From NCBI GenBank assembly GCA_040954595.2, contig CM082578.2:15732998-15796997 (forward strand): 64,000 bases of DNA, read 5' to 3'. Made by a program: the position numbers and the translations under genes. This document shows, one piece after another, positions 37,501 through 50,900 of this stretch. Under the pieces are notes generated by a model. The model was not told the origin of the DNA. It made no database searches and was given only the letters and a program-made list of their open reading frames with translations. The number at the start of each line of letters is the position of its first letter. Position 1 is the first letter of the stretch. This DNA is from Balanoglossus misakiensis. Taxonomy: Eukaryota; Animalia; Hemichordata.

Positions 37501-38562
37501 AATTGCATCCTTGTTTTTAACTTTTTTGTAGGTTTGGAGTCTAACATTACGCTGTGGCAGTTTCTGTTAGAGTTGCTCATGGACAAAACCAATCAGCATC
37601 TTATTACTTGGACGAGTAATGATGGCGAATTCAAACTTGTCAATGCTGAAGAGGTGGCAAGAAGATGGGGCCTGCGTAAGAACAAAACCAACATGAACTA
37701 CGATAAGCTCAGTCGGGCTTTGAGATATTATTACGACAAGAACATCATCAAAAAGGTGATGGGTCAGAAATTTGTATACAAGTTTGTATCCTTCCCCGAG
37801 ATCATCAAAACAGAAACGAAGGTGCCATTCCGAGTGAAGATGGAAAGTTTAGAACCACAGACGAGCAGGCCACACAGTTACCCGGGAGCCGGAAACAGTA
37901 CAGTTTCTGGTTGTAGCAAAAACGGCAGCGATGTCAGTACGGTTGTGTCCAGTGTCAGTACTTTAGCGAGTTCAAGAAACAGCAGTTTGTCTGATCCTGA
38001 CTTGGCGACCAAGTCATCGACAAGCCTGGGTGGGCCGGTGTCCAGCGGCTATTTTGCAACAAGTTATACGCATCCCCAGTACACCAAACTGACCAGCGAT
38101 GTACACTTAGTCAGTAGTGCGGGCAAACCGATCAGCGCAACAGTGCCGACAACTACACAGATCCCACGACCACAGCCCATTCAGCTGAGCAAGACAAGCA
38201 CAACACTGCCCATGCCAGACATACAGACGACGATGGCCAGCCCCTCGTATTTATCGCACCACGCGCACCACCTACAGATACCCGGCACGCCGATCGTCCT
38301 GACCAGCCCTCTTGTCAGTCAGAGCGGCAGTACACCTTTCTTTCCGATTCCCTTTTGGAGCACACTCAGCCCACTTTCGTTAAGCCCACAACTCAACTCA
38401 TTGAATCATTTCCAGTTCCCGACAGCTGTCAGCAGCAGTTTTCTGAACGGCCACATGGCTGTCCCAGTACCACATCTCACTTCGTACAATCCTATGACCA
38501 CAAGTAGCATGTCTCCAGTTCTACTCTCGCCAACATCGCAGAAGCCAGTCTTTGTCTCCTGA
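25567..38562 (+). CDS. ELK: ELK/TCF-subfamily ETS transcription factor (ELK1/3/4 co-orthologue); long isoform join(25567-25642,29741-29812,37532-38562), ~392 aa
   Basis: ETS domain [52 protein letters not shown]; C-domain FWSTLSP; DEF site FQFP. Acceptor TTTTTTGTAG at 37531 requires phase 1. Exon 25461-25642 (ATG 25567, G|GTGAGT) is phase 1 and exon 29741-29812 is an open phase 1-1 exon. Gene identity is firm; the 5' exon joins are inferred. Confidence 0.85.
29741..29812 (+). CDS. ELK: 72-nt symmetric (phase 1-1) candidate cassette exon of ELK
   Basis: TTTTTTCCAG| ... AAAG|GTATGT; encodes (D)[23 protein letters not shown](G) with no stop. Confidence 0.65.
30959..30978. repeat. (CT)10 microsatellite
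   Basis: Direct read. Confidence 0.95.
33788..33863. repeat. 38-bp tandem duplication TTCCACCCCTATAnCCTAATGGAATGCCC.. x2
   Basis: Units start at 33788 and 33826; a related inverted word CCCCATTAGTGGAAT lies at ~33541. Confidence 0.8.
37192..37413 (+). promoter_or_regulatory. Proximal TATA/Inr promoter and alternative first coding exon of ELK
   Basis: TATATAAAAG 37192-37201; Inr-like TCATT at 37224-37228 (~32 nt downstream). ATG 37320 opens [31 protein letters not shown] (second ATG 37407), ending at a phase-1 donor G|GTAGGA (37413/37414) that is compatible with the 37532 acceptor. Confidence 0.6.
37532..38562 (+). CDS. ELK: Main (last) coding exon of ELK: ETS domain, D-site, C-terminal transactivation domain
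   Basis: Core of ORF 37480-38562; the first 17 codons of the track ORF are intron (polypyrimidine tract). PRPQPIQL 38164-38187, FWSTLSP from 38353, FQFP 38410-38421. Confidence 0.95.
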
Positions 38563-40602
38563 CTTAGAGTACCCACTTCAGATTAAATTGTACTGGCTAT
38601 AAAATTTTTACAGACTGTGAATTTTTTTTGTATCTGTGCGCTGAACTGAATCTTTGATGTAACAAACACTCATATTGAAGAGACTTATTGAAGATTTTAT
38701 CAGAACTGGAGATTTCTTAATGTGTCTATAGACATGAAAACAAGTAAACTGTGATTTTAATCAGATATGTGTTTGCTACAGAGCAAATGGCGGACAAGGT
38801 TGTCAGAATCTTTCAGGTTTTGCCTAGATCTGGGCAAACACCCATGCAGTTGAAGTGAAATCAAACATGACAAACTGGGATCAAATGTATAGACTTCAAG
38901 CAAAGCCTTTTCATACATGAACATTCTGTAACATACAAGTATATAACATTTTCAAGTGTTGTACCCGAATTTTTCGTATTTTCTCACAAATTCCTTAAAC
39001 AGTGTTTCATATGGATCTCGCAACAACAGTTGTGACAGAAATGATATATATTTGGTTTTAATGCACTATATGTTTTATAAGAGATACACATTGAGACTTT
39101 CCATTAGACATAGTAAGTTTTGTAACAGCTTACAACAGCCAAGAAGTATATGTTATTTTTTATCACTTTTTGTGTGCACCACAAGAACACAAAGCAATCA
39201 TGAACTGAAGATGTGTTAGTCTTTGCCAGAAAAAAATATTTTCATCCATTTTCTTGGTTTCTGTAATTTTGTGGTACAAATCCAACATTGTTGTATTGTA
39301 AATATTATTACCACATTTGTAAGGATGGTGACATTTACTGATCTGGACTAATTTCATGAAAGTATTACTTGTCTGATTTTTCCCCTTTCTTGAGAGTTTT
39401 GACGTTATTTTTATACATATTCTGGCAATACATTGAAAAATTGACCATTTGTGACAAGCCTGCCTATGTGGGCTCTGCTTTTGGAATTCCTTTATAGAAA
39501 TTTTAACCCGCACACAGCAAAGTTAATCCATGGAAAAATTGCTTTGGTTTTGTGAATGTTAAACATTATTCCAGCAAAACAGACCACACTAGCCAATGTA
39601 TTTTTCGCTTTTAAAAATGCATTTAGAAGTCTTTTTGTTTTGTGTAGAGATAATTCAAACATGGAGAACTGCTGTGAAAGGGTAATGGGGCTGGAGATTG
39701 TCAACTTTATTACTTTGTGCTATCTAACCCCCATAGTTCTAAAAAATGGTATCACCTTAGGTTTTTTACTAAGGTTATTCCATTATTTGAATTATGTGGG
39801 TGTGTTTGTGAGAGATTCTGACGGCGATGTGCTATTTTCAGAGTACCTTTATTCCTTTTCCTTTGTAATGTTATAATAATCTATCAAGTTATGTCACTTT
39901 GAAGTAAAATTCTTTTTTCACTTTTCCCTCCTTCATTTTAGTTGCACTTCTGACCATTTAATGTACACAGTACTTTGGCTTTATCCTTAGCTATTTGTTT
40001 TCCTTTTTATTCAATTATTCGCGTGAAGCACGCATTTCCTGGTAGCTCTTTTTCCCCCACTGCAATAGTGGTTGTTACTTAATTGAAGTCCATGGTGTCC
40101 ACTACAGGCAATTGTGATCCAATCCGTAACAGACTTGAAGGATTGGATCCGTATGACACCAACAGTCAAATGAAATGAGTGATAAGTTTGACAAAGTTTA
40201 CAAATTGCACACTTAAATATAAAATGCTACTTACATGCACGATGTGAATTTATGTCCATTCATGTCAGTATTCTGCAGTTCCTCTGAGTCTGTTCTGAAT
40301 TCGCCAAATTGAAATAAGTCTGATCTCTGACTTATGTGATCAACAAATTATTGGACCCCCAAAAATCTGCACAGCAGCTGAAAAAGTAGGATACATACCT
40401 TCTCTTCACTTAATCAGTTTTTGCAATTAAAATCCTTACCTTCACTTTCTGACATTAAAGTGCAAACAATATCTTGATGTCTATTGATATCTATTTTTTT
40501 TAAATGTTAATTTATGCTTTTTGCTTTAGGCGTGTACTACATCTGACAAATACTTATGTCTACATCACAGAATATTTTGATTTCAAAATTTATTTTTGTT
40601 CA

Positions 40603-40696
40603 AATAAATTGAATATAAAATGGCTGATATTGCTGGAAATATATTAATATTATTGCTATTATTATGTGTTGTCATATATAATTTTTTCGTAATAAA
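40603..40696 (+). terminator. Candidate polyadenylation signals of ELK (about 2.1-kb 3'UTR)
   Basis: AATAAA at 40603 and 40691 after a long U-rich stretch, followed by GT-rich sequence. Confidence 0.45.
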
Positions 40697-42640
40697 AGTG
40701 GTATTTTATTATGTGATATAAGAATTGTGTGTAATTCCTTACCGGGAAAACCGGTGTCTCTTGATATTTTCCTGACAAATCTTGTCACTGCAAATCACAG
40801 ACAGAATGGATTTGGTGTGTTTTAGTTTTGCAATGACAAATTAAGGCCATCATTTTCAGTCGCCAGCTGAAGCTTCTGGGGTAGACAGGGGTAGGTCTGC
40901 TGAAATGGAAATAGAACAAGAAAAAGACACATTATTGTCAAATCGACATTTGCATATGATAAATAAAATAGACCTTATGATAGTTTGCATGAATGTGGGT
41001 GTAAGTGTAAAAAGTTGTTCGCATGAAATGCTACAAGTAGGATGTCATTTGTGGAAACCAGGTGTAAATTGTGTGTGTGTGAAAAGTCATTTATTGTGGA
41101 TATGTAATAGAGGGACCGTGCTGCTACTGTTTTATGTGTCTATTGTGTGGTATTGATGGAGTTTTGTTTTCATGAAAACTGTTATTGTAGTATATGTCGC
41201 AAAATGACTGTCAATCAAATCATATTTTTAAACATTCTGGATCACAGTGCCCCATCATTTTTAATAGGTCAAGCTAAATGTTTTCCCTTTCATCTACTAT
41301 TTGAACAAGTAACACCTTTAATGGTTTTTCAATCTGTATCATGTACCATATGTGCAGTGTTAACAGTGAAACTCAAACAGCCATAAAATGGCCACATATT
41401 GTTGAAATTAAATAATCATTTATAAATCCCTCCTTTCATGATATTGTCATCACAATCCTTGCATATCACAGCACACAAATTGCCATTTAGTTATTTGAGG
41501 GACAACCAAACTCACTTCACATATCAGTTTCTTATATCCCAACAATATTCATATCAGATTTAAACAAGAGGTTAATCTGTGAGACATTAGAGAGGGCGCT
41601 ATAGAACAGAAATCCATTTGAGGAATCATTTGCTGGGATAGCTTTATAAAGTTGGACTGAGCATGAGTAAGGTACAATATAATTCATAAATCTGAAATAG
41701 ATACTGCATGCTGTATTTGTTTCAGATATGGTACTTATAATTAGTTTATTCAAAATCAAACACAGCAGTATTCTTTTTGTATGTTATCACAATTTACTTT
41801 AATAAACTACAGTAACCTGAACTTGGAGGTGGGGCTGAGATGGGGCACTATATAACTGAAGATCGCCACCATGAGTTGAAAATAAATATTCTTATACCCT
41901 TGAATAAAATATCTCTGAACAATGTTGATCTCATGGTGGCGCTGTTCACTAGCCTTACCACTATAAGCCATGGCTGCTGCTTGTTTCATGGTCAATAAAG
42001 ACTGGCACATCAAAGTGCACTTTAATCGTCAATGCCCCATTAATGGCGAAGAAATTTCACATTTATATAAGTGGGAATTTGTACGTAGCATTGAAACAGA
42101 CTAAGACATGTAAAGCGCAAGTTCATGACCTGAACATCTTCCTGCCGCTGTTACGCTGCCACTCAACCGGACAGGCATTGCATTTAATACCTTTTACGGA
42201 GATTTTTGAAAACCATTAGATGAAAAGCCGTCAATGCTGTTTTGTGATCTTTGTCGAGAAGACGTTTTTATTGATGCTCTCAGTCGAACAGATGTTGGCG
42301 GCACCATTGTAAAAAAAAACTCATTGAAAGAATGAACGCTATTGAAGATTCTTCAAAAGTGGTTTGACCATAAAAAAAACCCAGGAGTACTCTGTGATAT
42401 GACTGTAAAATAATTTGAAGGTTTCACATTCAGGGAAACTGGTTTTTCTCTCTTTTTTCTTTGACTTTCATTGGTTTAACTCATCTTTGCTCAGTGGATT
42501 CCATCTAAAATATCATATACATTAGTCCTCGCAGAAGTTCTTATATCGATTGAATTCATAACACACACAAATATCTAAAAAGTCGCCATCTCAATTGAAG
42601 TGTAGTTTTTTTCTTCAAATTTCTCTTTGTATAAATGTCA

Positions 42641-42658
42641 CCCCCCCCCCCCCCCCCC
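42641..42658. repeat. Poly-C tract (C18)
   Basis: Direct read. Confidence 0.95.
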
Positions 42659-44930
42659 AGGACGCATCTGTATATATCTTTCCCCAAGGTCAGACCTTTT
42701 AAAAATTTACCCCCCCTCCCTCTTCCTCTTAATAACTGAAAACTCTCTTTTTACACATCCCACCCTAATAAGCATCCACCACCTGGGGAGGCAGTATAGA
42801 GATAACAGCTTTATATCGCCTTGGCAACCATCAAGGTCATTGACAGTATTATCTTATATCTGCGGGTCTGGTTGTCATGGCAATTTTATATATTTTTCAG
42901 AAGCTGCAATTGGATCCTTGGAGTGAGAACATTGAAAAATGTAATCTTGTACACAACATGAAATAAAATGAATTGATGTTTAATTGTCAAAGATGATTAA
43001 ATAAGAGGAATCTCACTCTTTTCTTAAACTTAAATATCACAAACTCACTTACTGGGTACATGGCTATAGTAAACTTTATGTAAAAATAATATTTGACTAT
43101 GGTCTTTGATATATGAGATACGAAGCAGTAGACTGACATTATACTGTGCCTATTAAATATCACTTAATTTCTGAAAGCATAATACTTGTCAATCACAATT
43201 TGAAATTTTGAAATGATATAATGAACAAATATGTTTTTAAAAATATAATATTTTCCAAAACGTTAAATAAAATTGCTCTGAGTGTAGGGTTTGTGGAAAC
43301 ACTGTGAATATCTTTTTGAGAGTTAATTGCTTGCTATAAATCAAAGAGGCAAGTTTGAGCATCTAAAGTTCCACAATGACTAAAATTGTCTTATTATGAT
43401 TGACTTTGGAACATCTGGTGAGATATGACCATCTTTTTTGTGGCTAATTATGTCTGATAATTGCCACCTTTTACTCCCTTGCCCTTTTTTGTAGCATCGG
43501 TGGTTTCCGGGGTAACAGTTTCCTTAGGTGGGGTTGTTAATTCTGGTTCATTCTCAGAGTAGGGCAATCGCTGGTGTTTATGTCACAATGATAACAAAAA
43601 GATCAACGCTACCCCCTGGTGTTATTGCCATGGTAACTGTCAGTTGCGATGCTGCTCAATTCTCATCCAGAAAAAATAAAAGAAATGAGTTTATGTGTTA
43701 CTATAGACTTAACCCAATAGGTGAGAAAATTCAGAACAAATTATATTAGCCTTCCATCATATAACAGGCTGTACTTGGTTGTTCCAGGCAATCTTCACAT
43801 TAGTGAAGACATTGACAGATAAGTGGCCAGACAATTATGATGTCAATGCTCTATTCTACACTTTTGGTGTGTTCAACAACTTGTACACTTGAATGGATTA
43901 AAATTATAAAAATTATGAATAATAAAATATGATTAAATATCTATATATATAGCAAAAGCAATTGTACCATTGAAAAAATTATTACTCGTCATGCAAAGAT
44001 CATAAGAAGATGCTGAATATACATATATGTAAGAGTTGGAATGATGCACTGAAAAGTTTATTCAGTTAAAAAATTCAGCACGCTGTGAAATTGCTCTGTT
44101 GACATTTGGATTATAGTGATCTTGTATTCTGCCAGATAATCCCGGGGAAAATGCCTTCATTTCAGGCATTTCAGAGAGTCAATTACTATTTTACTCGATG
44201 CAGTCTCCGGGGACAGCATTCATATTTCAGAATAGAAAATAATCAATTTTTCAACATCCCTTCCTGATTCACAGTAATGATACACCCTATCTGACCGCAG
44301 TCTGGCTTTATTTGATTTTATTACCGATCAGAAGCAAGGGGTTGGGGCGGGGGTGGTGTCACACTTGATAACCGTGTGTTCACCTATCAGGTCGGCAATG
44401 GTAATTAACAACTGCATGGGATGGAAATAAAATATTCATGATCACTAAGTTTCATCTTTTTCCATGTAGCTCAGACCGAGCCACCTCGCAAATGAATGGA
44501 CAACACCACTGCTACAAATTCAATTGTAAATCCTATACTGCCTGCATGGGTTGGAGTTCAGCCTGGCAGCCACAAATTCCTTTGATGTGATGCCGAAGGT
44601 ACATCGGATCTTGTTAAAATGCAACTTGTGTTGAAAACCAATTAATGGCTAACTGACAGACTGAGGCACACAGAGTTTGCTCTTCCTGGATGTCACATCA
44701 TTTGAAGCAGAAGTAACTGCAACTGAGAGCTTTCACTTTAACATTAGTCTGCTTGCGTGAACTTTAAATTGAATTAGAAGTTCATGCATATTTGGTAATT
44801 TCCATATTATTCTCCTCCGGGATTACAATTTAACATCACCACTTAAATCAAGTAATAGAAATTGATATTGGACTATGAAAACGGAAAGCTTTTCTTACTG
44901 TTCATTTTTCTGTTTGTCTTAATGTGTCTG

Positions 44931-44933
<3 letters not shown>

Positions 44934-44969
<36 letters not shown>
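44934..44969. repeat. (TG)18 microsatellite
   Basis: Direct read. Confidence 0.95.
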
Positions 44970-44972
<3 letters not shown>

Positions 44973-47733
44973 AGTTTGGTAATTTGAATGACTAATATTA
45001 GATTTTACCAAAATTTGGCAGACAGGTATTGATTTATTGATTTGAGACGGCCAAACCTGATTTGATTTGAAGAGTATGGCTTGCATATTAATGATATCAT
45101 GACTATCTATCTGAAAGTGTACAACGTATATCAATCAATATTCTTTGTCAATATCAAACTGATCACTTAACTACTTCTATGTCGTTCATAAAAAGCAGAA
45201 ACGTTTATATAAAACAAAATAAGTAAAGTAGCTGTAGATATATTTTTTGGCACCAAAGAAAAGTTTGCTTTCAGTCTGTTTTCAGGCACAAAATATCCTT
45301 TATTGAAATGTTTATCCGAAGAGTATATTGTCCTGGACCCCGGAGAACTATTAACTTGGGGAGTATAGTAGTCAGATAGGCGTGTAATAATATATCGAAG
45401 GTCTTCAGTTTGCCAGATTACTCTCTTTACTGCAGTACACACTACCATCTGTTGACCTTATGACCTGAGTTTGGATTGTCTCCACAAGTGCATTTGTGTC
45501 AGTCTGATACACTTTCTTCAGGTAAAATAAAACCAGACTTCAATGAAATGAAATTAGATTAGCCCAAGGCATCATGACCTCCTTAAGATAAGAACCCATT
45601 GATCTGTTCGCAAGAAACTTGCATATGGTGTTGATCTGAAAGCAATTTACAAGCAATTCCAAGCAATAATTCTGACGGCATATCAAATCAGGTTTTAGTT
45701 AAAAGCTATGATTACTAAAAGTAAGCCAAAATGAAATTGGAATTAAGTTTATTTTCTTGTGATGCATCAGCTAGGACATACATTGAAGATGAACGTCATA
45801 CTGACAAAAAGCTGCAGTAAACTCAAACTTTGAACAATTTTTTCAGTATTATTATATTTTGAGTATCAACTATGTTTCTTGTTCTACTCTGTAAAACACA
45901 GAATTGCTCAGTATTTTGATTTTCAACGCATTCCTTTATCCCATTACCTTGTCAATAATAACCGATTGATCTATATCAGTTTATCACAGTCACAAATGAA
46001 AATAAAGAGACATCTCCCAATTGCTGTCTTAGAGTGTCATACTTCCAGACTTGATGTGATAGAAAACGTGCTGATAATTACCACTGAAAGGTTATTCTGT
46101 CATCAGGTTAAAACCATATTGGAATTGGTTGTGGGTGAAAGGTTCCGGTAGATGATCCATGCCATTGATCTGATAAGTTTTCCATGGTGACAAAATTCCA
46201 CTGGGAAGACAACAGGAAATGTCTGTAACACACGGAATGTGACCTGAAGGATCCTGGCTATCTCAATTACCATCAAAATACTGAATGCTCATGCAGCTAG
46301 TGACAGGAAATTGATGGCTCCTCTGGAGAACTGTATGCAAGGAATCATCTTTACTGTAACTGATTGAGGAAATCCATCTTCTAGACATTATGTAAGCCAT
46401 CAATAAATGACGAAGAAAATACTATGAATGTCTCCAACAAACTATGATAAATTGACTACCTGTACATAATATTTTTTATGTCATCTACTTGTTCTTGTTG
46501 GTATATACTCTTCATTCTTTGCAAATTAATTACTCATATATGATGTATATCCTTCATCAACGTTGATTACAAAAGTCGATATTAATAACATTATTCATAA
46601 TTTGCACAACATACATTGTATACCTTGCTCTATGATGAAAATGTAAGTTTTAAATAGTTCAATTAAATAAATTACCTAATGCGTACATGTATGCTTGACT
46701 ATTAATGGTTCCAAGATGGATTTTTGTCCTACAGAGAAATTTTCATAAGTTTTCACCTACTCTGGCAGTAAATGATATAGGATTTCAGCAATATTCGACA
46801 AAACATTTAGTTCCACCTACAGCGATTTTTTTCCATTCCTCCCACCTTATGGGTTTCCCACGTTAACAAGAATACATGCACCTCATTTTAATGGAAGTCA
46901 TCTTACAGTGTGAAGATGAGAACATATGTGTTTGTGTCAGGGATAGACAGGGATTTACAATCTAAACATACAAACTGTATTTGTGATGAGGCATAATGTT
47001 TCCACCAAAGACTACTCTCAGTCATGCATTGAATGTTTTCTATAGCAAACACGGATGAACTAAATGCAACTTGTAGGAATAACAAGTGTGTATATATAAC
47101 TGTAAAAGAGATTCTGTCTGCCTAAAATGCCTCAGACAGCTGGTAAAGGTAAAAGTAATCTGAATCGAAACACAAAGAAACCAGAAAAGTATTGCATATA
47201 CCTCTGGCAATCAGTACATCACTTTGATGGGAACATGCTTTTAAAGAAATGTGTGGAACACATAAAAGAAAATTAAGAGACACGTACATTTTGTAAACTG
47301 TGCTGAAAGTATTTTTGCACATTCCATCTCAAACCTACCCGATCTGAGTCTTACAACTTAAATGGCACACATAAGCTTAGAAACTATAAAAGCAAAAACA
47401 TTTTAAAAGATGTGGTCATGTTGCTTTTTAATACAAATATGTATTTTCTATCTGAAAGTGTGGAATTTGGCCAAAAATTCCATGTAAACTCTGGCAACAT
47501 CCTATATACATTGACATGTCTCGATTTCAAATTGACTTGGTTGCTTTCAATTACTACCCAAGTGATATTTAATTTATTTAATTTACCTGGCTTGGTACAT
47601 TGATCAGCATACATGACACCTGATAGCGCCGTACAAAAATAATGCTTTGTTTCCCCTTACACTCATCAGCTTGATTCTGTGTGTATGAAATTGATAGGGC
47701 CATACAAAAATGAGGTTTTGTTTCCCATACAAA

Positions 47734-47912
47734 AAAATAATAAAATACAGCAGTTGCTCCCATCAATTTCAAAATGAAGTTTTTGATGCTACTTCAAACT
47801 AGAACGCTTATTTGTTAGTCAGAAGGTACCGTGTAAAACAGCCTGAGATGTATCCACGGATGAAAGAAAATAATATATTGGCAGCTGTTCCCATCAATTT
47901 CAAAATGAATTT
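47734..47912. repeat. Dispersed ~47-bp direct repeat (..GCAGyTGyTCCCATCAATTTCAAAATGAA..) x2, ~130 bp apart
   Basis: Copies at ~47734-47781 and ~47867-47912 share TCCCATCAATTTCAAAATGAA exactly. Confidence 0.8.
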
Positions 47913-50900
47913 CTCTTTGATACCACATAGGTGCAATATGTGATTTTGTAGTGAGTAAAACAGGCTTTAGAATTTATGTGGTGTAGATCATCACTTAAAA
48001 AAATTAGCTTTACTCCTGCTCGTACCATATTCCAAGAAATTTCCAAAAAATAAATTACCAAAAGATGTGCAATTCAGCAATGCAATGAGCTTAGATAAGC
48101 AAATATATAGGAGTGTCCTGTGTATCTCAGATCTTTCTATTGAACATTTTCAAAGTGTAGTCAACATAGCTGCTTATTTTGCATATGGCTTGTATTGTTA
48201 TGGCAATATTAATACTTGCAGCCCCACAAATGACTCTGAGTCTCTCAGTTTCTGTTTTTTTTTTATTGAAAACATACAATTCTGCAGATGAAAACTTTGG
48301 TTGCACATTGCCCATGGCTTCGCTCTGTAAGTGCAAGTCCAATCTAGTTTTGTAGACAAAATTCACTCTTTTCTGTATGCTAATGAAATGAAAAGAGAGA
48401 TATTTGTTCAGTAAAAATTTAACAATATTGTGTATGAATCCCAACCAAAGCTATACATCTCAACATGCATGCTTCCACGCAAAGCATGTATGTCAGACTT
48501 TTGAGGGTGTTTTCTTTTCAGTTTGCAATTGATGTGCTTCACGGCTTTCGAGAATATTGAAATTTAACATGAAACTAGTAAAAGATGGGTGTTCATCTTT
48601 GATATCTGATATGTTGCACGGAAGACTGGCAAATGTCATGCGTCATCTCGCTTCAGATTTCGCTCTACCCGCTACATCGGATAAGCTACAAAATTGGCGT
48701 CACAGGACCATACAGCCTTGAGCCATCTCGTGCAGCACTTCTAGGTGAAATCTAGATTTGTTGAAGTCTCTTTCAACTTATAAAGAATTTATAAAGAGCA
48801 AAGATAATGCTATTTATCTGATTTAACATGTTGCAAAAAAGATTTGTGTTCTTGTCTTGTGCAGGTCTCTCGGATAAACAAGATTACCGTAACACAAAAC
48901 AATCACCCTTCATTTGATTTAAGAGTTTTCTCAAATTGCTATATCCGTGCTCTACTTCACAGTACAGACAAAATTTCTTGAGTATATGTTAAGGTTAAAG
49001 TATTAAAAAGGGGGATTCAGTAACTTGTACACCATTGAGATGAATTTTCTGAGCTCCATTATGCCTATACACAATTTTCAATCTCACCACTTTTATCATG
49101 TCTTCTATTTATCTTGAATCTATACTCTTACACCGACATCCTCTGGTTACTTCTAGGAAATTCATACTTGCATTGAATATATGTCACCCTTTTCCCATGC
49201 TCAGAATCAATGCACAGAGAAAACTCAGATCCATAGAAAACACAGAGATAGATTCAAGACAGTCAGTACCTTCAGCTCTCAGATGTGTGTTTGTGTGGAA
49301 TGATTTACAAAGATCGTGATTACATCAGTCACTAATGTTATGTATGCAGCACCCGCCAGTCAATATTTAGTGATTTTCTTCAGGTGTTGATTTTTCCAAG
49401 AAAATCCATATGGATATTGTTTCATCTATACCCTCAGGTAAAAACAGAGTCAGACCCAACCTACAGCGAATATACAACAATAAATGAAGATGTTTTTAAT
49501 ATCACATTTATGGAGCATTTTAGGACATCTAGACAAATGATATGAATGACTTAATTGATACATGCATGCATAAAACAATATCTCTGAGCGATATTTATAT
49601 TTTGAACTTTGAGTGACGGATGGGCTGAGATGCTAGCTAACAATTATCTGTTTGAATTCACATGCATTAAAAATATTATAAGACATAGCAATTAGAATTG
49701 ATATTGTCATTATTGGGGCAGGCAAGCATACATGAATGAAGTCATTTGATTTTGAAAGATCTCTGTAATCAGAGGAAATTGAGGAGTGATTTGTGTTGTC
49801 GTGATATTCAGGCTGTGAATAAATTGATTGCAGATTATAATCCAAGGTACAAAGTTGTTTTTTTACGATATAATCATGAAAACAAATGAGAGAAAATCTA
49901 TCTGTACTTTTGCAATATTAGGAAGTAATAAATAATCCATGCAGAAACTGAAGAGACGAGTGACTTCATTATTAACCGTAACCTTTGACAAATTGTGCTG
50001 AATTTCTCTGTGATTTTATCACAAGGTCATAATTCTAGGGACCTCGAATTGTTTGACACAACTGTCAATACTGATGATCTTTCAACTGTATGTTGATTAC
50101 TTTGTCTATTTGCTTGGCTGATCTCATTTCATTGTCTGTCAATCACATGAAAACATTGACTTCTCTGAGAATTTGCTTCACTGATTAAAAAAAATCGCTA
50201 CAGGACCTAAAGTTGCGTGAACAGGATATTTCTTCTGTGTGGCCATGCAAGGATGTACAGCAATAACGCTGTTCCTGTCTAAGGATACAAAATTAGTGTT
50301 CTTCATTCTAATACCTAGTACTTGGAGTTAGAAATGTTTCCTGTTGTTACTACTTGAGAATTACTCCAGGAGAAAATGACATGTTTCTGTTGATCGCCGA
50401 TTCACTAACATGCCGCTTTTATCAGCCTTCCCATTTTGCCTTCAAGTGTTTTACAGGGATATCTGGAACGTTCTTAGTAGAGATTTGACAGAGTGTGAAT
50501 TGATTCACATACTACGTACATTCACATGTACACGTATACCGGCTGGGGTGGGGAAAAAAACCAGATTTATGAATTTATAACAATTCTTTGAAAATGAGTT
50601 TTTATGTAATAATATCCCGATAATATAGAAGCAATTGTGTAATATGGATATTTATACCTAGCATGTGGTTTGGTTGAAAATATTACTTCCTGCACCAGAA
50701 CTTTGAAATGTTTGAAGTATATAAATACAGGATACTACGCAGGAATTAAGGCCACCCTGACTTCTACATTATGCAAACATACATTATCGTACCCCAGGCT
50801 CCACACGTTCTTCAAGATTTGATGAAAAACAGTTGGCAATAAAAGATCTTTAATGTTACAAACTCAAAAATGGATTGGGGCTTAATTACATCATTTATCA

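Noticed and set aside
37480-37531. N-terminal part of the 360-aa ELK ORF in the track
   Set aside because: Intronic polypyrimidine tract upstream of the AG acceptor; GTG start.
48463-48493. 12-bp inverted repeat ACATGCATGCTT/AAGCATGTATGT
   Set aside because: Too short for a pre-miRNA; no known mature miRNA recognised here or elsewhere in the window.
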